From Eledone cirrhosa (lineage: Eukaryota): 64,000 bases of DNA. The DNA is taken from NCBI GenBank assembly GCA_964016885.1, contig OZ024762.1:29946001-30010000 (forward strand), in the 5' to 3' direction. The notes under the pieces were generated by a model. The model did not search any database and was not told where the DNA came from. It worked only from the letters and a program-made list of their open reading frames with translations. Below, in pieces: positions 56,011-64,000 of the stretch (its first letter is position 1; every line of letters begins with the position of its first letter). A program made the translations under genes and the position numbers.

Positions 56011-59000
56011 AGTTCATGGTATTAGCTGTCAGAAGGAACTCCACTGTTGGTGAGAATTCATTTAAGTTCATGTTATTAGCTGTCAGAAGTAACTCCACTG
56101 TTGGTGAGAATTCATTTAAGTTCATGGTATTAGTTGTCAGAAGTAAGTCCACTGTTGGTGAGAATTTATTTAAGTCATGGTATCAGTTGTCAGAAGTAAC
56201 TCCAATGTTGGTGAGAATTCATTTAAGTTCATGGTACTAGCTGTCAGAAGTAACTCCACTGTTGGTGAGAATTCATTTAAGTTCATGGTACTAGCTGTCA
56301 GAAGGAACGCCACTGTTGGTGAGAATTCATTTAAGTTCATGGTATTAGCTGTCAGAAGGAACTCCACTGTTGGTGAGAATTCATTTAAGTTCATGGTATT
56401 AGCTGTCAGAAGGAACTCCACTGTTGGTGAGAATTCATTTAAGTTCATGGTATTAGCTGTCAGAAGTAACTCCACTGTTGGTGAGAATTCATTTAAGTTC
56501 ATGGTACTAGCTGTCAGAAGTAACTCCAATGTTGGTGAGAATTCATTTAAGTTCATGGTATTAGCTGTCAGAAGGAACTCCACTGTTGGTGAGAATTCAT
56601 TTAAGTTCATGGTATTAGCTGTCAGAAGGAACTCCACTGTTGGTGAGAATTCATTTAACTTCATGGTATTAGCTGTCAGAAGTAACTCCACTGTTGGTGA
56701 GAATTCATTTAAGTTCATGGTACTAGTTGTCAGAAGTAACTCCACTGTTGGTGAGAATTCATTTAAGTTCATGGTATTAGTTGTCAGAAGTAACTCCACT
56801 GTTGGTGAGAATTCATTTAAGTCATGGTATTAGTTGTCAGAAGTAACTCCAATGTTGGTGAGAATTCATTTAAGTCATGGTATTAGCTGTCAGAAGTAAC
56901 TCCATTGTTGGTGAGAATTCATTTAAGTCATGGTACTAGCTGTCAGAAGTAACTCCACTGTTGGTGAGAATTCATTTAAGTTCATGGTACTAGCTGTCAG
57001 AAGTAACTCCACTGTTGGTGAGAATTCATTTAAGTTCATGGTATTAGTTTGTCAGAAGTAACTCCACTGTTGGTGAGAATTCATTTAAGTCATGGTATTA
57101 GTTGTCAGAAGTAACTCCAATGTTGGTGAGAATTCATTTAAGTTCATGGTACTAGCTGTCAGAAGTAACTCCACTGTTGGTGAGAATTCATTTAAGTTCA
57201 TGGTATTAGCTGTCAGAAGTAACTCCACTGTTGGTGAGAATTCATTTAAGTTCATGGTACTAGCTGTCAGAAGTAACTCCACTGTTGGTGAGAATTCATT
57301 TAAGTCATGGTATTAGCTGTCAGAAGTAACTCCAATGTTGGTGAGAATTCATTTAAGTCATGGTACTAGCTGTCAGAAGTAACTCCAATGTTGGTGAGAA
57401 TTCATTTAAGTTCATGGTATTAGCTGTCAGAAGGAACTCCACTGTTGGTGAGAATTCATTTAAGTTCATGGTACTAGCTGTCAGAAGTAACTCCACTGTT
57501 GGTGAGAATTCAGTTAATTTCATGGTACTAGCTGTCAGAAGTAACTCCTCTGTTGGTGAGAATTCAGTTAAGTTCATGGTATTAGTTGTCAGAAGTAACT
57601 CCACTGTTGGTGAGAATTAATTTAAATCATGGTATTAGTTGTCAGAAGTAACTCCAATGTTGGTGAGAATTCATTTAAGTTCATGGTACTAGCTGTCAGA
57701 AGTAACTCCACTGTTGGTGAGAATTCATTTAAGTTCATGGTATTAGCTGTCAGAAGTAACTCCACTGTTGGTGAGAATTCATTCAACTCATGGTATTAGC
57801 TGTCAGAAGTAACTCCATTGTTGGTGAGAATTCATTTAAGTCATGGTACTAGCTGTCAGAAGTAACTCCACTGTTGGTGAGAATTCATTTAAGTTCATGG
57901 TACTAGCTGTCAGAAGTAACTCCACTGTTGGTGAGAATTCATTTAAGTTCATGGTACTAGCTGTCAGAAGTAACTCCACTGTTGGTGAGAATTCATTTAA
58001 GTTCATGGTACTAGCTGTCAGAAGTAACTCCACTGTTGTTGAGAATTCATTTAAGTTCATGGTACTAGCTGTCAGAAGTAACTCCAATGTTGGTGAGAAT
58101 TCATTTAAGTTCATGGTATTAGCTGTCAGAAGGAACTCCACTGTTGGTGAGAATTCATTTAAGTTCATGGTATTAGCTGTCAGAAGTAACTCCACTGTTG
58201 GTGAGAATTCATTTAAGTTCATGGTACTAGTTGTCAGAAGTAACTCCACTGTTGGTGAGAATTCATTTAAGTTCATGGTACTAGCTGTCAGAAGTAACTC
58301 CACTGTTGGTGAGAATTCATTTAAGTCATGGTATTAGCTGTCAGAAGTAACTCCATTGTTGGTGAGAATTCATTTAAGTCATGGTACTAGCTGTCAGAAG
58401 TAACTCCATTGTTGGTGAGAATTCATTTAAGTCATGGTACTAGCTGTCAGAAGTAACTCCACTGTTGGTGAGAATTCATTTAAGTTCATGGTACTAGCTG
58501 TCAGAAGTAACTCCACTGTTGGTGAGAATTCATTTAAGTTCATGGTACTAGCTGTCAGAAGTAACTCCACTGTTGGTGAGAATTCATTTAAGTTCATGGT
58601 ACTAGCTGTCAGAAGTAACTCCACTGTTGTTGAGAATTCATTTAAGTTCATGGTACTAGCTGTCAGAAGTAACTCCAATGTTGGTGAGAATTCATTTAAG
58701 TTCATGGTATTAGCTGTCAGAAGGAACTCCACTGTTGGTGAGAATTCATTTAAGTTCATGGTATTAGCTGTCAGAAGTAACTCCACTGTTGGTGAGAATT
58801 CATTTAAGTTCATGGTACTAGTTGTCAGAAGTAACTCCACTGTTGGTGAGAATTCATTTAAGTTCATGGTATTAGTTGTCAGAAGTAACTCCACTGTTGG
58901 TGAGAATTCATTTAAGTCATGGTATTAGTTGTCAGAAGTAACTCCAATGTTGGTGAGAATTCATTTAAGTTCATGGTACTAGCTGCCAGAAGTAACTTCA

Positions 59001-61179
59001 CTGTTGGTGAGAATTCATTTAAGTTCATGGTATTAGCTGTCAGAAGTAACTCCACTGTTGGTGAGAATTCATTTAAGTTGATGGTACTAGCTGTCAGAAG
59101 TAACTCCACTGTTGGTGAGAATTCATTTAAGTCATGGTATTAGCTGTCAGAAGTAACTCCAATGTTGGTGAGAATTCATTTAAGTCATGGTACTAGCTGT
59201 CAGAAGTAACTCCAATGTTGGTGAGAATTCATATAAGTTCATGGTATTAGCTGTCAGAAGGAACTCCACTGTTGGTGAGAATTCATTTAAGTTCATGGTA
59301 CTAGCTGTCAGAAGTAACTCCACTGTTGGTGAGAATTCAGTTAAGTTCATGGTACTAGCTGTCAGAAGTAACTCCTCTGTTGGTGAGAATTCAGTTAAGT
59401 TCATGGTATTAGCTGTCAGAAGGAACTCCACTGTTGGTGAGAATTCATTTAAGTTCATGGTATTAGCTGTCAGAAGTAACTCCACTGTTGGTGAGAATTC
59501 ATTTAAGTTCATGGTACTAGCTGTCAGAAGTAACTCCACTGTTGGTGAGAATTCATTTAAGTTCATGGTATTAGCTGTCAGAAGTAACTCCACTGTTGGT
59601 GAGAATTCATTTAAGTCATGGTATTAGCTGTCAGAAGTAACTCCATTGTTGGTGAGAATTCATTTAAGTCATGGTACTAGCTGTCAGAAGTAACTCCACT
59701 GTTGGCGAGAATTCATTTAAGTTCATGGTACTAGCTGTCAGAAGTAACTCCACTGTTGGTGAGAATTCATTTAAGTTCATGGTACTAGCTGTCAGAAGTA
59801 ACTCCACTGTTGGTGAGAATTCATTTAAGTTCATGGTACTAGCTGTCAGAAGTAACTCCACTGTTGCTGAGAAATCATTTAAGTTCATGGTACTAGCTGT
59901 CAGAAGTAACTCCAATGTTGGTGAGAATTCATTTAAGTTCATGGTATTAGCTGTCAGAAGGAACTCCACTGTTGGTGAGAATTCATTTAAGTTCATGTTA
60001 TTAGCTGTCAGAAGTAACTCCACTGTTGGTGAGAATTCATTTAAGTTCATGGTACTAGCTGTCAGAAGTAACTCCACTGTTGGTGAGAATTCATTTAAGT
60101 TCATGGTATTAGCTGTCAGAAGTAACTCCACTGTTGGTGAGAATTCATTTAAGTCATGGTATTAGCTGTCAGAAGTAACTCCATTGTTGGTGAGAATTCA
60201 TTTAGGTCATGGTACTAGCTGTCAGAAGTAACTCCACTGTTGGTGAGAATTCATTTAAGTTCATGGTACTAGCTGTCAGAAGTAACTCCACTGTTGGTGA
60301 GAATTCATTTAAGTTCATGGTATTAGCTGTCAGAAGTAACTCCACTGTTGGTGAGAATTCATTTAAGTTCATGGTATTAGTTGTCAGAAGTAACTCCAAT
60401 GTTGGTGAGAATTCATTTAAGTTCATGTTACTAGCTGTCAGAAGTAACTCCACTGTTGGTGAGAATTCATTTAAGTTCATGGTATTAGCTGTCAGAAGTA
60501 ACTCCACTGTTGGTGAGAATTCATTTATGTTCATGGTATTAACTGTCAGAAGTAACTCCACTGTTGGTGAGAATTCATTTAAGTCATGGTATTAGCTGTC
60601 AGAAGTAACTCCAATGTTGGTGAGAATTCATTTAAGTTCATGGTATTAGCTGTCAGAAGGAACTCTACTGTTGGTGAGAATTCATTTAAGTTCATGGTAT
60701 TAGCTGTCAGAAGTAACTCCACTGTTGGTGAGAATTCATTTAAGTTCATGGTACTAGCTGTCAGAAGTAACTCCAATGTTGGTGAGAATTCATTTAAGTT
60801 CATGGTATTAGCTGTCAGACGTAACTCCACTGTTGGTGAGAATTCATTTAAGTTCATGGTATTAGCTGTCAGAAGTAACTCCACTGTTGGTGACAATTCA
60901 TTTAAGTTCATGGTACTAGCTGTCAGAAGTAACTCCACTGTTGGTGAGAATTCATTTAAGTTCATGGTATTAGTTGATCAGAAGTAACTCCACTGTTGGT
61001 GAGAATTCATTTAAGTCATGGTATTAGTTGTCAGAAGTAACTCCAATGTTGGTGAGAATTCATTTAAGTTCATGGTACTAGCTGTCAGAAGTAACTCCAC
61101 TGTTGGTGAGAATTCATTTAAGTTCATGGTATTAGCTGTCAGAAGTAACTCCACTGTTGGTGAGAATTCATTTAAGTCA

Positions 61180-63600
61180 TGGTATTAGTTGTCAGAAGTA
61201 ACTCCAATGTTGGTGAGAATTGATTTAAGTTCATGGTACTAGCTGCCAGAAGTAACTCCACTGTTGGTGAGAATTCATTTAAGTTCATGGTATTAGCTGT
61301 CAGAAGTAACTCCACTGTTGGTGAGAATTCATTTAAGTTGATGGTACTAGCTGTCAGAAGTAACTCCACTGTTGGTGAGAATTCATTTAAGTCATGGTAT
61401 TAGCTGTCAGAAGTAACTCCAATGTTGGTGAGAATTCATTTAAGTCATGGTACTAGCTGTCAGAAGTAACTCCAATGTTGGTGAGAATTCATTTAAGTTC
61501 ATGGTATTAGCTGTCAGAAGGAACTCCACTGTTGGTGAGAATTCATTTAAGTTCATGGTACTAGCTGTCAGAAGTAACTCCACTGTTGGTGAGAATTCAG
61601 TTAAGTTCATGGTACTAGCTGTCAGAAGTAACTCCTCTGTTGGTGAGAATTCAGTTAAGTTCATGGTATTAGCTGTCAGAAGGAACTCCACTGTTGGTGA
61701 GAATTCATTTAAGTTCATGGTATTAGCTGTCAGAAGTAACTCCACTGTTGGTGAGAATTCATTTAAGTTCATGGTACTAGCAGTCAGAAGTAACTCCACT
61801 GTTGGTGAGAATTCATTTAAGTTCATGGTACTAGCTGTCAGAAGTAACTACACTGTTGGTGAGAATTCAGTTATGTTCATGGTATTAGTTGTCAGAAGTA
61901 ACTCCACTGTTGGTGAGAATTAATTTAAATCATGGTATTGGTTGTCAGAAGTAACTCCAATGTTGGTGAGAATTCATTTAAGTTCATGGTACTAGCTGTC
62001 AGAAGTAACTCCACTGTTGGTGAGAATTCATTTAAGTTCATGGTATTAGCTGTCAGAAGTAACTCCACTGTTGGTGAGAATTCATTTAAGTCATGGTATT
62101 AGCTGTCAGAAGTAACTCCATTGTTGGTGAGAATTCATTTAAGTCATGGTACTAGCTGTCAGAAGTAACTCCACTGTTGGCGAGAATTCATTTAAGTTCA
62201 TGGTACTAGCTGTCAGAAGTAACTCCACTGTTGGTGAGAATTCATTTAAGTTCATAGTACTAGCTGTCAGAAGTAACTCCACTGTTGGTGAGAATTCATT
62301 TAAGTTCATGGTACTAGCTGTCAGAAGTAACTCCACTGTTGGTGAGAATTCATTTAAGTTCATGGTACTAGCTGTCAGAAGTAACTCCAATGTTGGTGAG
62401 AATTCATTTAAGTTCATGGTATTAGTTGTCAGAAGTAACTCCAATGTTGGTGAGAATTCATTTAAGTTCATGGTACTAGCTGCCAGAAGTAACTCCACTG
62501 TTGGTGAGAATTCATTTAAGTTCATGGTATTAGCTGTCAGAAGTAACTCCACTGTTGGTGAGAATTCATTTAAGTTGATGGTACTAGCTGTCAGAAGTAA
62601 CTCCACTGTTGGTGAGAATTCATTTAAGTCATGGTATTAGCTGTCAGAAGTAACTCCAATGTTGGTGAGAATTCATTTAAGTCATGGTACTAGCTGTCAG
62701 AAGTAACTCCAATGTTGGTGAGAATTCATATAAGTTCATGGTATTAGCTGTCAGAAGGAACTCCACTGTTGGTGAGAATTCATTTAAGTTCATGGTACTA
62801 GCTGTCAGAAGTAACTCCACTGTTGGTGAGAATTCAGTTAAGTTCATGGTACTAGCTGTCAGAAGTAACTCCTCTGTTGGTGAGAATTCAGTTAAGTTCA
62901 TGATATTAGCTGTCAGAAGGAACTCCACTGTTGGTGAGAATTCATTTAAGTTCATGGTATTAGCTGTCAGAAGTAACTCCACTGTTGGTGAGAATTCATT
63001 TAAGTTCATGGTACTAGCAGTCAGAAGTAACTCCACTGTTGGTGAGAATTCATTTAAGTTCATGGTACTAGCTGTCAGAAGTAACTACACTGTTGGTGAG
63101 AATTCAGTTATGTTCATGGTATTAGTTGTCAGAAGTAACTCCACTGTTGGTGAGAATTAATTTAAATCATGGTATTGGTTGTCAGAAGTAACTCCAATGT
63201 TGGTGAGAATTCATTTAAGTTCATGGTACTAGCTGTCAGAAGTAACTCCACTGTTGGTGAGAATTCATTTAAGTTCATGGTATTAGCTGTCAGAAGTAAC
63301 TCCACTGTTGGTGAGAATTCATTTAAGTCATGGTATTAGCTGTCAGAAGTAACTCCATTGTTGGTGAGAATTCATTTAAGTCATGGTACTAGCTGTCAGA
63401 AGTAACTCCACTGTTGGCGAGAATTCATTTAAGTTCATGGTACTAGCTGTCAGAAGTAACTCCACTGTTGGTGAGAATTCATTTAAGTTCATGGTACTAG
63501 CTGTCAGAAGTAACTCCACTGTTGGTGAGAATTCATTTAAGTTCATGGTACTAGCTGTCAGAAGTAACTCCACTGTTGGTGAGAAATCATTTAAGTTCAT
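61180..63600. repeat. Tandem segmental duplication, period 1,237 bp (23 monomers)
   Basis: ORF landmarks 61447/62684, 61923/63160, 62146/63383. Shared rare variants CAGTTATGTTC, GGTATTGGTT and TTGGCGAG. Confidence 0.85.
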
Positions 63601-64000
63601 GGTACTAGCTGTCAGAAGTAACTCCAATGTTGGTGAGAATTCATTTAAGTTCATGGTATTAGCTGTCAGAAGGAACTCCACTGTTGGTGAGAATTCATTT
63701 AAGTTCATGGTACTAGCTGTCAGAAGTAACTCCACTGTTGGTGAGAATTCATTTAAGTTCATGGTATTAGCTGTCAGAAGTAACTCCACTGTTGGTGAGA
63801 ATTCATTTAAGTCATGGTATTAGCTGTCAGAAGTAACTCCATTGTTGGTGAGAATTCATTTAGGTCATGGTACTAGCTGTCAGAAGTAACTCCACTGTTG
63901 GTGAGAATTCATTTAAGTTCATGGTACTAGCTGTCAGAAGTAACTCCACTGTTGGTGAGAATTCATTTAAGTTCATGGTATTAGCTGTCAGAAGTAACTC

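Larger units (their letters stand above)
1..64000. repeat. 54-bp satellite DNA tandem array (about 1,190 head-to-tail monomers, EcoRI/AluI site in nearly every unit); continues past both window edges
   Basis: The unit ATGGTA(T/C)TAGCTGTCAGAAGTAACTCCACTGTTGGTGAGAATTCATTTAAGTTC recurs every 54 bp (53 bp where AAGTTC becomes AAGTC) from base 1 to base 64000. Most monomers differ from consensus by 0-3 bases. No non-repeat interruption or inversion seen. Confidence 0.99.

Noticed and set aside
198-63823. The many shorter ORFs on both strands as a gene cluster or programmed-frameshift / phase-variation system
   Set aside because: All are translations of the same monomer. The ATGA/SWY overlaps follow automatically from the 1-bp deletion. 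No regulatory or unique sequence supports expression.
1-64000. CRISPR array
   Set aside because: No unique spacers, since the entire unit repeats; no leader or cas genes.
1-64000. tRNA, 5S rRNA, snRNA or spliced-leader tandem gene array
   Set aside because: The unit is only 54 bp, with no cloverleaf or recognisable RNA-gene sequence and no spacer between units.
1-64000. Telomeric repeat or transposon-derived insertion
   Set aside because: No short G-rich telomeric motif, terminal repeats, target-site duplications or any non-satellite segment was seen.
1-64000. Synthetic concatemer or sequencing artefact (EcoRI site in each unit)
   Set aside because: Hierarchically shared variants and nested multi-kb duplications indicate natural evolution rather than ligation or rolling-circle noise. 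Individual duplications still need read validation.
1-64000. A single fixed-length higher-order repeat across the window
   Set aside because: Landmark spacings vary widely (323 bp to over 4 kb) and periods differ by region, so the higher-order structure is local and variable.
1-64000. Assignment to a named satellite family or species
   Set aside because: I do not recognise the monomer with confidence; a database search is required.

Overview
The whole 64 kb window is one uninterrupted, single-orientation tandem array of a 54-bp satellite monomer. The consensus is ATGGTA(T/C)TAGCTGTCAGAAGTAACTCCACTGTTGGTGAGAATTCATTTAAGTTC (about 37-39% GC, one EcoRI and one AluI site per unit, no CpG), in roughly 1,190 copies. 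I see no unique sequence, gene, RNA gene, mobile element or CRISPR spacer. All listed ORFs are by-products of a 54-bp (18-codon) unit that is stop-free in one frame per strand, and they are broken every few units by 1-bp-deleted (53-bp) monomers. The informative structure lies in the variants: (i) a loose higher-order unit of about 20-26 monomers with an ordered series of diagnostic variants; (ii) nested, young tandem duplications with periods of 483, 969, 1,237, 2,099, 2,364, 3,011, 3,982 and about 5,500 bp, plus dispersed re-use of blocks at offsets of 4,735, 5,699, 7,367 and 9,966 bp; (iii) three sub-domains with different variant sets (about 1-41 kb, 41-49 kb, 49-64 kb). The most likely interpretation, which is inference, is eukaryotic centromeric/heterochromatic satellite DNA. 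I cannot assign the organism or family, and I found no supportable novel protein-based system. Block boundaries are approximate because they were read by eye.
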